This document shows, piece after piece, positions 50,251 through 58,796 of a DNA stretch of 64,000 nucleotides (positions are counted from its first letter, which is position 1; the number at the start of each line of letters is the position of its first letter). The position numbers were made by a program, and so were the translations under genes. The DNA is from Prevotella sp. Lineage in GTDB: Bacteria; Bacteroidota; Bacteroidia; Bacteroidales; Dysgonomonadaceae. The notes below the pieces were generated by a model. The model saw nothing but the letters and a program-made list of their open reading frames with translations, searched no databases and had not been told where the DNA came from. Location: assembly GCA_031285625.1 (NCBI GenBank), contig JAITVV010000007.1:96001-160000 (forward strand), read 5' to 3'.

Positions 50251-50460
50251 CTACTGTATTGCCCCGCTAATAATAATGCCAATAGCAATAATAAATCCGC
50301 CCATGGCTATACCCGCAGCCGAGTTATGGTCATCAATGGCTTTGTTTAGGTCTATTTTAGCCAGTTTACAAAGCAATACCATTGCATAATAGCCAATGGC
50401 AAACAGGGCGATACCTATAGCCCAATATTCTATTGTAGATAATATTCCTGACATACTCAT
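50251..50460 (-). CDS. DUF350-like small 2-TM protein
   Basis: Two hydrophobic helices with DLNKAIDDHNSAAGIAMGG..IAIGIII. Confidence 0.75.
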   Translation of the reverse strand: MSMSGILSTIEYWAIGIALFAIGYYAMVLLCKLAKIDLNKAIDDHNSAAGIAMGGFIIAIGIIISGAIQ

Positions 50461-50664
50461 TTATCCTCCTACGATTACAGACCTGATAATAATAGCAAGC
50501 CCAATGAAAATACCGGCTACAAGAAAACCTGTAGCATTACTTTTCTCTTCGAAGATTTCGCGCGTAAACTTGTATGGAATAAGCAAATCCATAATTACGG
50601 CACCTATGATAAGTAATACGATGCCAAGTGCACCATAACCTATCGAATTCAGAATTTGTGACAT
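50461..50664 (-). CDS. DUF350-like small 2-TM protein
   Basis: MDLLIPYKFTREIFEEKSNATGFLVAGIFIGLAIII. Start placed at MSQIL; abuts the next gene. Confidence 0.8.
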   Translation of the reverse strand: MSQILNSIGYGALGIVLLIIGAVIMDLLIPYKFTREIFEEKSNATGFLVAGIFIGLAIIIRSVIVGG

Positions 50665-50689
50665 ATCCTTATATAATTTATAATATTTA

Positions 50690-52234
50690 TTACTTACCGA
50701 AACTTGTACCCCCACCCTGCGAACTGCGGCTATATATACTGGACTGGCGGGTGCTGGATACATAATTATCGTACTTTGTTGTATTTATAGTTGTGTGATC
50801 CGGATAATTGTTTCTGGCAGCCGATCTGAAGAACCAATACATGCGATGCCTGTGATATGCCCTATAGGGGCTATATTCTTCCTGAGGCTCCTCTCCTTTT
50901 TTATCTATTTGAACCATTGTATTGCCATCTTCTCCCATATAAATAAGGGCTGTTTCTTTATCAGTCTGTACCATTATCAGGTCTTCTCCGATAGAATCAT
51001 TGGAGGTTACAACCGATTTTACATTTTCAGGATCCATATCAATTATGATTTTGCATGTGGCATCCGGATCATAATCAGACCTATAGATATCACTTTTGGT
51101 ATTAGACTTATTATTAGATGTCACTGATGTTTCGTAAGCAAACATCGCATTCGACTTCAATCCGTCCTTAATCGGATGTTTAGAATCACACGATGGCCAA
51201 AACATTACAAAAGCTACTACAGCCACAATCGCAGTCCAGATATACCCTTTAAAACCTTTACCTTTTCCGGAATTGCTACTTTCACTCCAATTGCTGATAT
51301 GCTCGATACCTAAGAGCTCTATATCCGTTTCATAAACCTCCTCTCCCAGTGAAGCCTCGGTTTCGTCTTCCCATATTTCGACGGATAGTTGTTCCCCACT
51401 TGTTGAACGGTACTCTTTGTAAGAAAAAGACTCATTATAATCAAAATCAACATCACCTTTACAATCTGCGACTCTGGCCTGACCTTTTTCTACAAATCCA
51501 AAAATTATATTATTATATTCTACTTTCTTTTCCGAATCCGAAAATTTAACACCTCTGTACGGAACCGAATAAGACAGACTAATTTCATAATTTTCTTTAC
51601 TTATTTTTTCTACTGAAAGCCAGTATTCTTTCCGGCCTCCATCAAGCTTATACTCTGTCCATGAGGCATTTTTATGTTTATGCTTAACATAGCCAACAAT
51701 GGTATAATTTTTACCCTTTATTTTTAGTTTCTGACCGACAGGCAGTTTTTCCCATTCATGCTTTTTCTCTACAGGAAGCGATGGCGGAACGAATAATGAT
51801 TCGGATTTTATATTTTCGAACAAAACTCTTTCACCTACATAAAACTCGCTGTATCTTCCCCATGTTTCGCTGCTGAATATATGCTGGTTATCATGCACCG
51901 ATTCGTAGTCGATAAAGTGCACTTCATTTCCCATTGTGACATCGCTTATACCACTTTTATTAATTACAGTGGCATCCCCTTCTTCAAGAATAGACGAGCC
52001 CTCATCATGAGGTTTAGGAAATAAAGCGGGATCAGCTACTTTGTAAAGGATAAGTTCTTCCCGAGAGGATAATTCGATATTGAACCAAAACTCTTCTCCG
52101 TTAGATGTATCTGTAAGCAAGAATTCTTTCCACTGATACGCCCCCTGTTTGAGCTCCATTACTCCTTTTATAAGGAAAGACCGGCTATTGATCTCGAGGC
52201 TATCGTTTCTTTTGAGTTGGTATATTCTTTCCAC
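50690..52234 (-). CDS. Tandem DUF4178 domains + TM + DUF4247-like C-terminal domain
   Basis: Two repeats of G......W.E(F/Y).L......W...E and E.G.A.V....G..D...Y.E....S.E.W; one TM helix; ends SSIYSRSSQGGGTSFGK. GTG start. Confidence 0.75.
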   Translation of the reverse strand: MERIYQLKRNDSLEINSRSFLIKGVMELKQGAYQWKEFLLTDTSNGEEFWFNIELSSREELILYKVADPALFPKPHDEGSSILEEGDATVINKSGISDVTMGNEVHFIDYESVHDNQHIFSSETWGRYSEFYVGERVLFENIKSESLFVPPSLPVEKKHEWEKLPVGQKLKIKGKNYTIVGYVKHKHKNASWTEYKLDGGRKEYWLSVEKISKENYEISLSYSVPYRGVKFSDSEKKVEYNNIIFGFVEKGQARVADCKGDVDFDYNESFSYKEYRSTSGEQLSVEIWEDETEASLGEEVYETDIELLGIEHISNWSESSNSGKGKGFKGYIWTAIVAVVAFVMFWPSCDSKHPIKDGLKSNAMFAYETSVTSNNKSNTKSDIYRSDYDPDATCKIIIDMDPENVKSVVTSNDSIGEDLIMVQTDKETALIYMGEDGNTMVQIDKKGEEPQEEYSPYRAYHRHRMYWFFRSAARNNYPDHTTINTTKYDNYVSSTRQSSIYSRSSQGGGTSFGK

Positions 52235-52239
52235 GTTTA

Positions 52240-52599
52240 TTAGATGTTAAAGTTATCATTTCCCCGTTCTATCACCTGTATATACTTTTCCTCTGGTTGA
52301 TAATAATCAGACAGCAAATCGATAATCACCATTGTATCTGCATTGCCACAAGTAAATACATCAAGAAATATAGACTTGTACTCGGGATATGTATGAATGG
52401 ATATATGCGACTCTGCCAACAATGCAAATGCAGTGTATCCTCCATTGGGAAAAACAGTATGACCAAACTTTATCAAAGTCAAATGGGCATGTTTACAGCA
52501 ATTTTCAAAACATTGTTGCAAACTGTCTTTGTTGTAGTCTGTGTTAGATATACCATAAAATTCAGCCAGAATATGGTTCCCTTTAAACCGGTGTTTCAT
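52240..52599 (-). CDS. speD: S-adenosylmethionine decarboxylase proenzyme
   Basis: GNHILAE, F...G.T...LLAESHISIHTYPE (pyruvoyl cleavage ESH), DVFTCG. Confidence 0.93.
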   Translation of the reverse strand: MKHRFKGNHILAEFYGISNTDYNKDSLQQCFENCCKHAHLTLIKFGHTVFPNGGYTAFALLAESHISIHTYPEYKSIFLDVFTCGNADTMVIIDLLSDYYQPEEKYIQVIERGNDNFNI

Positions 52600-52712
52600 T
52601 TATCATAGTTTGTTTGTCGCAAACAAATATATAAAAAAACGATATATACTCAATGCGACTGTACTTTTAAAAGCTTGTTTAATTTTAACCGGCGAATATA
52701 ATTATTTTGATA

Positions 52713-53804
52713 TTAGCCGTATTTATTTATGAGCCAGATAGAGAGGCCTAATAATATAAGGCCCGTAAGAATAGCCAGTGTGATTTTCGCCACACTATAC
52801 GGTCTGTCACCAGTGACTCTTCCTGTACGTCCGTTTACAAAGAAATGGTACAGCTTATTATTATAAGTATACGAAGACATGTATACAGGAAGAAGTATCA
52901 GTTTAAACTTAATACTGCTGAATCTTGTTTTAAACGAATTTATCCGTTGTTTATCTCCTCCGATATCCTGACGAATCGCATATTGTATATCAGACTCCAT
53001 TATACTTTTGGCAGAAGTAAATCCTGTCTGCATATTTATATTATACTTCTCGGTAATAAATCCGCTAAGAAAACGGTTATCAGCTTCAACCATATTCATG
53101 GTATCCCAATTGCTGATTTCAGTCATTACCTGAGTTGTAATAATCTTGGAAGCCGGAACCATTACATCATCAAAGAATAAAGAAATATGCCCACTCCGTG
53201 AAGACCAACGTGTACGAGTCTCTGTACGCCGGTTTTTCCCACTTCCTACAGTAACGGTATAATTATCGCCCCGTTGCCCGGCGTAGTCTGTATTTGTCTG
53301 TGCGTCGTATGTCCAGCACGGTATATATACCCCTTGTTGCCTATTAGAATGTAAGGCTCTTGTCTTTAACTTATTTGGAGCGAACCAACGTTTTGATAAC
53401 CATGTCAGCATGTGCACTTGAATCTCATTGTCCGAAATTTTGAACGGCAACAGATAAGAAGGTTGTATCAACCGTTCTTCATGAGCATCCGCCTCTATGA
53501 GTGGAGTACAACAATATGGACACTCCACAGATTTCATACTCTCATCAAAAGTAGATTCTGCACCACACTTACGACAACTGATTACTTTTGTTGCTTTTGT
53601 ATTCAGTATCTCTTCAGTCTGAACATATTGTTCAAAATCAAGTTCTTCAACTTCGTCAACAATTTTTACATCTATTGGTGTATCAGTACCGCAATAGTCG
53701 CAATGAAGTAGAGTAGTCCCGGGTTTATATTTCAGAGCAGCACCACATCCCCGGCATTGATATGTGTCGCTGCTCAAAGATATATTTTCGAAAACGTCTG
53801 ACAT
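52713..53804 (-). CDS. Double zinc-ribbon membrane-anchored protein (SPFH-associated)
   Basis: CRGCG, CDYCG, CRKCG and CPYC motifs, YIPCWTYD, LLPVY...VNGRTG.V.G.RP, C-terminal TM. Confidence 0.8.
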   Translation of the reverse strand: MSDVFENISLSSDTYQCRGCGAALKYKPGTTLLHCDYCGTDTPIDVKIVDEVEELDFEQYVQTEEILNTKATKVISCRKCGAESTFDESMKSVECPYCCTPLIEADAHEERLIQPSYLLPFKISDNEIQVHMLTWLSKRWFAPNKLKTRALHSNRQQGVYIPCWTYDAQTNTDYAGQRGDNYTVTVGSGKNRRTETRTRWSSRSGHISLFFDDVMVPASKIITTQVMTEISNWDTMNMVEADNRFLSGFITEKYNINMQTGFTSAKSIMESDIQYAIRQDIGGDKQRINSFKTRFSSIKFKLILLPVYMSSYTYNNKLYHFFVNGRTGRVTGDRPYSVAKITLAILTGLILLGLSIWLINKYG

Positions 53805-53807
53805 CGT

Positions 53808-54923
53808 TTAATCCTGTTTAGGTAGCGGTGGAGGCATCATAGTCCATAAGTCCTGCAAATCTCCCTGGTTTCCGGCAGGAGCCCAGTCAACCAAGCCACT
53901 TTTCCAAACTAAAGTCTCTTTTGATAAAGTTCTATCCTGTACCAATTTTGTTAACTCACTTCTATTGAATGGACCTGCTTGCTGTCCGTTAATGGCTACG
54001 TAATATGCCACTGCTCCGGGAACAGGAGGCGGACCGCTCTGAGTATTTTGTGTATTCTGACTCTGCATCTGATTAGCCATCGACTGTGTCATCTGGTTAG
54101 CCATAGCCATACCTGCACCCAGCCCAATACCCATGCCTGCGGTTCCGGACGGATTTTCTGCAGCAGCTTCCATAGCTTTGGCTGCTTTTAGCTTGGTCAG
54201 CTTATCCAGGTCAATCTTATCCAGACGGCTAAGTTCAAATATTTCTTTTTTCACCTCATCCGGCATAGAAATATTCTCTATCAGGAATTTAGTAACATCC
54301 ATACCATATGCCATAAAATCATTCTGCATAAAGCCGAATATAGCTTCTGACAATTCATTCAGGTTAGCAGCATACAACTCGACAGGCAGATTGGATTCGG
54401 CTGTAGCATCCGAAAAGCGGGTCACAATGATACTTTTCAGTTGCTCTTTAATATGTTCGGTTGTAAAGGTTTGGTTTGTTCCAACAATCTCTCTAATAAA
54501 TACAGAAGCATCTGTCACCTTAAAAGAATAGATACCGAATGCCCGTATCTCAACCATACCGAAACGGTTATCATTAAGAATAATCGCATTTTTAGTACCC
54601 CATTTCTGATCAAGGAAGTTTTTGGTACTCACAAAATACACCTCAGCTTTAAAGGGACTATTAAAACCATATTTCCAACCTTTGAGAGTTGTCAATATCG
54701 GTAAGTTCTGTGTATTCAATGTATATGTTCCGGGAGAAAAAGTATCCGCAATTTGCCCTTCATTTACAAATACTGCGGTTTGTCCTTCCCGCACAATCAA
54801 CTTAGCATTATTTTTTATTTCATTATTATGTCTTTCAAAGCGATAGACAATAGTATCCTGTGTATTATCCAGAAACTCGATAATATCTATTAACTCATTT
54901 CTTAGTTTGTCAAAAAGTCCCAT
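53808..54923 (-). CDS. SPFH/band-7 (YdjI-like) protein with a C-terminal GYF_2 (DUF4339) domain
   Basis: LIVREGQTAVFVNEG, PGTYTLNTQNLP, SPFKAEVYFV, KWGT, GMGIGLGAGMAM, YYVAINGQQAGPF...TLVWKSGLVDW, PPPLP. Confidence 0.9.
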   Translation of the reverse strand: MGLFDKLRNELIDIIEFLDNTQDTIVYRFERHNNEIKNNAKLIVREGQTAVFVNEGQIADTFSPGTYTLNTQNLPILTTLKGWKYGFNSPFKAEVYFVSTKNFLDQKWGTKNAIILNDNRFGMVEIRAFGIYSFKVTDASVFIREIVGTNQTFTTEHIKEQLKSIIVTRFSDATAESNLPVELYAANLNELSEAIFGFMQNDFMAYGMDVTKFLIENISMPDEVKKEIFELSRLDKIDLDKLTKLKAAKAMEAAAENPSGTAGMGIGLGAGMAMANQMTQSMANQMQSQNTQNTQSGPPPVPGAVAYYVAINGQQAGPFNRSELTKLVQDRTLSKETLVWKSGLVDWAPAGNQGDLQDLWTMMPPPLPKQD

Positions 54924-55032
54924 ATCCGATATTTTTGTGTTATTAAGGTCACAGACCTATTTATTACTTTTAAAATGTATAACAACAATAATTAGTTATT
55001 ATTCTGTTTTTCAAATATACTATAAATCAAAT

Positions 55033-55059
55033 AAAAAAAGCTAGTTTTAACTAGCTTTT
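55033..55059 (-). terminator. Intrinsic terminator closing the ligase operon
   Basis: AAAAGCTAGTT-TT-AACTAGCTTTT with a 7-T tail on the minus strand, 13 nt after the ligase stop. Confidence 0.75.
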
Positions 55060-55072
55060 CATATCAGGTGGA

Positions 55073-56500
55073 TTATACTTTTTCCCACCCTTTCTTTATA
55101 TTTCCTTCAACGTATGTTTCATATATTTTCTTGATCTGCTCTTCACTATTAGAGATTCTTACATCTCTGTTCAATGGTTCTTTACGATCAGAACTATAGT
55201 TAGTATAGCAGAATACATATGCCGGATATTTAGACGAGTCTTCTTTATGCGTCTTCCACCACATAAATTTTTGTACCATCAACTTGCCTTTAGTTTCTTT
55301 CTTATATACTTCACGCTGCATAACCTCACTTTTCACTCCATCCAGAGATTTTTCTTCCAGAGGCGCAACATAGGCAAAATCAGTAATCTGAGATAAACGT
55401 AAATCCGTAGCATTTATAGCTTTATCTTCTCTAAACCGTTCAAAGATAGGGTATATTAAAGAGAAACCCGATGTTATTCTGGATAGCTTGTATTTACCGT
55501 CAACCACTTCTAATATAGGATTTGTTACGGCTGATGTAGAATTTTCCACGATCACATCATTGAAGTTCACTTCAAGGATTATCTCCGGCCTTACCATATG
55601 AAATGCCACGTGATTAGAGTCTGTCTCAATATATTGCGAAGGCATTTCCATTGGTTTTAATCGTTCCAATATCTCTTTCCGCATTTCATCTGAAAATCCG
55701 TTTCCTGTTTTACCTATTATCTGGAATTTTCCTTCTTCGGGCATCATAGCCAAAAGCATACTTCTTATCTGCCCTTTTGCATCATCAATACCTTCCGAAT
55801 AACCAACGACAACAACATCTGCCGAATGTCGAGGCTTTAGTTTACAGACAAATGGATATTCACTCCTGATAATGATACCTTCAGCATTCTCAGCTTCTAC
55901 CCATTCTTCATATAATTCCTTTATTTCTTTCCGGGAATTAACAACCTTATATCGGGGAGGAAAAACAACAGAAGAATCTTTAAATATACCTGCCAACTCT
56001 TTATATAACAGATCGTAGGTAGTATAATATCCTTTATCCCCATTTATTTCTATTATATCGAAAGGTACAAGACAAAGATCAGATTGCATTTTGGGTTCGG
56101 CCCAAGCCTGTAGGACATTAAAAACCCTTGTACGACCTTCGGTCTCTTTCATACAAACCTCACAAGCAAAGACGGCTGATTGGGTACCAGAGGCTTTTAA
56201 CAAACGGGTTGCTTCTTTCAAAAACGGAAGGCTTCCCCTAACTTTACCGCCCGGATTCATTATATATGAATTTTCTCCATCAAAGAGAAGGATATTAAAC
56301 TCTCCATCATATTTACGGGTAAGATAGAACTCTTTACCCATCGCTTTATCTTCAATCTGTCTGGGATTGATAGAGATAAAATTCTTAGCTATATTTTTCT
56401 TATATAATTTCGCTATGTCACGAGTTTGCTCATCCACAGCATCCAATGTACCAAGTGTATAACCCCGGTCTTGTTTCAGTTTTGTATTATCAATCTTCAT
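55073..56500 (-). CDS. ATP-dependent DNA ligase-like protein with a C-terminal WGR-like domain
   Basis: Motif I TRKYDGE, III ACEVC, IIIa PFDII, IV EGIII, V KLKP, OB fold DVVVVGY/GKTGNGFS, VI YPIFERFREDK. An extra ~85-aa tail ends NIKKGWEKV. Confidence 0.85.
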   Translation of the reverse strand: MKIDNTKLKQDRGYTLGTLDAVDEQTRDIAKLYKKNIAKNFISINPRQIEDKAMGKEFYLTRKYDGEFNILLFDGENSYIMNPGGKVRGSLPFLKEATRLLKASGTQSAVFACEVCMKETEGRTRVFNVLQAWAEPKMQSDLCLVPFDIIEINGDKGYYTTYDLLYKELAGIFKDSSVVFPPRYKVVNSRKEIKELYEEWVEAENAEGIIIRSEYPFVCKLKPRHSADVVVVGYSEGIDDAKGQIRSMLLAMMPEEGKFQIIGKTGNGFSDEMRKEILERLKPMEMPSQYIETDSNHVAFHMVRPEIILEVNFNDVIVENSTSAVTNPILEVVDGKYKLSRITSGFSLIYPIFERFREDKAINATDLRLSQITDFAYVAPLEEKSLDGVKSEVMQREVYKKETKGKLMVQKFMWWKTHKEDSSKYPAYVFCYTNYSSDRKEPLNRDVRISNSEEQIKKIYETYVEGNIKKGWEKV

Positions 56501-57197
56501 TGGTTATGCTTTTTAGTTCAAGATTGGTCAAGTGTAATATAAGACAATATTTATCTCCATCTATACGGCCTTCAAGGAATCCACGTTGTGGTTCACCTCC
56601 TGTAGTCAATATAATAGGCTCTATGCCTTTAGCTCCTCCTCCAACAAACATAAACGAATTGCTTTCTGCAAGTTTTGTAGCCATATCATATAGAAAATCA
56701 TACGTTAATCCATTCACATGTTTGAGCTGATATTTACGCGTAAAAACAAACTTCTTAATGGCTTCCTTTTTCGAAAAGAGTTTACCTGTCCAGCGCAAAG
56801 GTATTTCTGTAGTTACATTAGGTTCACGTTTCTCAGCGTCCCTCTCTTCTTTTAAGGTACCATCCGGATTTTTCACATATTCTTTTACCTGTATATGATA
56901 TACGATCTGATCATTTTCGTCCAGATACAATCTTTTTGTTGATGGTAAAATCTTACCAAATAGTTCTATATCAATCTCTGGATCGGATTTAATAATATCT
57001 TCACCTAATTGAACCAAGTCTTCATACTTATCTTTTAAGGCATCTATGGAGGTTTCCATAGTTCCACGCAAGACTTTTACACTTTTACTGTCCTGCCCGT
57101 CAGCAAGTACATACTTGATGTTTGGTTTTGGAGGTATATTATCTAACCCTACCAGAGCATCACGCTTTTTATCGTTTGTTATATTAAGTTGTCTCAT
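56490..57197 (-). CDS. Hypothetical protein, possibly divergent Ku-like
   Basis: 235-aa ORF overlapping the ligase start by 11 nt. FVFTRKYQL...YDFLYDMATKLAESNSFMFVG...RGFLEGR...YCLILHL resembles the Ku core by eye. Confidence 0.6.
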   Translation of the reverse strand: MRQLNITNDKKRDALVGLDNIPPKPNIKYVLADGQDSKSVKVLRGTMETSIDALKDKYEDLVQLGEDIIKSDPEIDIELFGKILPSTKRLYLDENDQIVYHIQVKEYVKNPDGTLKEERDAEKREPNVTTEIPLRWTGKLFSKKEAIKKFVFTRKYQLKHVNGLTYDFLYDMATKLAESNSFMFVGGGAKGIEPIILTTGGEPQRGFLEGRIDGDKYCLILHLTNLELKSITNED

Positions 57198-57201
57198 AGC
57201 T

Positions 57202-57804
57202 TTACATCATTGAAAAATCAATATCAAAATCATCGGAGTCGCTTTCTTCCTCTTCAGCATCGATAACGGCAGTTTCCTGCAAGTTGATAAATTCAAAATC
57301 ATTTTTATACCCGACTAACATAAACAGGCCGTTATCATTAGTTATCAGAAAAGCCTGACTGGTATCATAACCTGCGCGGTAATTAAACCTGAACTCGTAA
57401 ATATCATCTCCGATAAATTTTATTAAGTCTTCATAATCTCCGGTTAGTTCATATACAGTTGTAATACTATGATCGAGAAGCGTCTCAACCGAAACTTTGC
57501 TATTCAGATTGATAGGTGTAGAAAATGTGGAGGGTATCTGTTCAACTTTTTCGCCTTTATTATTTACGGCGATCAACTGATCACGATCAACCCAATTCAT
57601 ATGTTCGTCCAGTATACCCATAGAGATACCTCCTTTTGGTATAATAATAGTTCCGGATTCGTCCATACTTACAGCTTTACAGACTTGATTTTTGTCATCT
57701 AATATGACTCTCTCTGTAGTTCCGTATACTTTCGACCGATCTAGTTTTGTGGGTGAACAGACATAGTTTTTGTCATTAACTATAAAAGTTAGTTCTTGTG
57801 CCAT
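57202..57804 (-). CDS. Hypothetical protein, possibly divergent Ku-like, with an acidic C-terminal tail
   Basis: 200-aa ORF 4 nt upstream of the next gene. ISMGILDEHMNWVDRDQLIAV, ITTVYEL and FNYR...QAFLITNDNGLFMLVG resemble Ku; ends EEEESDSDDFDIDFSMM. Confidence 0.6.
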   Translation of the reverse strand: MAQELTFIVNDKNYVCSPTKLDRSKVYGTTERVILDDKNQVCKAVSMDESGTIIIPKGGISMGILDEHMNWVDRDQLIAVNNKGEKVEQIPSTFSTPINLNSKVSVETLLDHSITTVYELTGDYEDLIKFIGDDIYEFRFNYRAGYDTSQAFLITNDNGLFMLVGYKNDFEFINLQETAVIDAEEEESDSDDFDIDFSMM

Positions 57805-57832
57805 TAGAAAGATTGTTAAAGTTCTATTTAAA

Positions 57833-57840
57833 CAAAGATA
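57833..57840 (-). promoter_or_regulatory. Bacteroidota -7 promoter element of the three-gene ligase operon
   Basis: Reverse-strand TATCTTTG (TAnnTTTG) 28 nt upstream of ATG 57804. Confidence 0.55.
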
Positions 57841-57891
57841 AAAAAATAATTATAGAATGATACCCTCACATCGCAAGTTGTTAGTACGATA

Positions 57892-58680
57892 TTACAAATT
57901 TCCCGATTCCCAATTACTCCAATGATTATTCGGTTCTAATGCCGGTTTCCAAAGAGTAGCATCCTGATTGACTAATACCTTAGCTATCAACTGATATAAT
58001 TCCTGGTCACTGGCAAGTAAATCTTTATCATAAAGACTGGAATAGTGAAATTCATCCAGAGTCATTATTTTAGGGATATCTAAGGGTATATGTAGCTTTA
58101 TCTCTTCTTCACTTGCTCTGATAAGGTTAGGTTCAGCCTCGTTAAAATATCTTATCAATTCCCCAAAACCGACTAATCTATCAGGATTATCATATTCTCT
58201 TGGTTCTATTCCCAATCCTTCATATTTTAGCGGATCATGCTCAATAGTTACCATTGCCTCTTTTACTCTTACGGCCTCTACTTTAGGATTTATAAGCTCA
58301 AACAGACTTTCACCTGAATCGTCAAGACTTATTCGTTCATATTCTCCACCTGAAATAAGAGTTATTACTTCAGTATTAGAGACCGAAGTATAATCATCAG
58401 AATCTGTTATTATATAATCGATGCAATTACCTACATAATCCAGTTGAATCTCTGCTCTACCTCCCCTATTCTGATAACCACTCTTTTCGAAAATCACAGC
58501 CCATCTTTCCGCATCAGCATATAAATGAATCCTGTTTCCTGCTGTCTCGCAATATCCATGCTCCAGATCAAGGAAAAAATTATAGCAATTATATTTCTCG
58601 CCTTTAGGATAGTAAGAGCCGGGAACATCATTGAAAGCACAATCTAATTCTTCTAAAATATCAAATTCTGTGTAAGGCAT
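57892..58680 (-). CDS. Acidic hypothetical protein (DUF7003-like)
   Basis: ILEELD...FLDLEHGY....NRIHLYAD.ERWAVIFEKSGY, ending PNNHWSNW; has its own TATATTTG upstream. Confidence 0.55.
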   Translation of the reverse strand: MPYTEFDILEELDCAFNDVPGSYYPKGEKYNCYNFFLDLEHGYCETAGNRIHLYADAERWAVIFEKSGYQNRGGRAEIQLDYVGNCIDYIITDSDDYTSVSNTEVITLISGGEYERISLDDSGESLFELINPKVEAVRVKEAMVTIEHDPLKYEGLGIEPREYDNPDRLVGFGELIRYFNEAEPNLIRASEEEIKLHIPLDIPKIMTLDEFHYSSLYDKDLLASDQELYQLIAKVLVNQDATLWKPALEPNNHWSNWESGNL

Positions 58681-58740
58681 ATTTTCATGTAATTATAGTG
58701 TTATCAAACAAATATAATCTTATTTGAGAGATTAATAAAT

Positions 58741-58772
58741 AAAAAGGTTGCCTTAAAATGTAAGACAACCTT
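58741..58772 (-). terminator. Probable terminator of the DUF349 gene
   Basis: AAGGTTGCCTTA...TAAGACAACCTT stem with a T run on the minus strand. Confidence 0.65.
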
Positions 58773-58796
58773 CTCTTATAAATATAAGTAAGTTGA

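Noticed and set aside
55073-56500. Calling the ligase LigD or a phage ligase
   Set aside because: No primase-polymerase or phosphoesterase domain, and no phage or integrase genes nearby.
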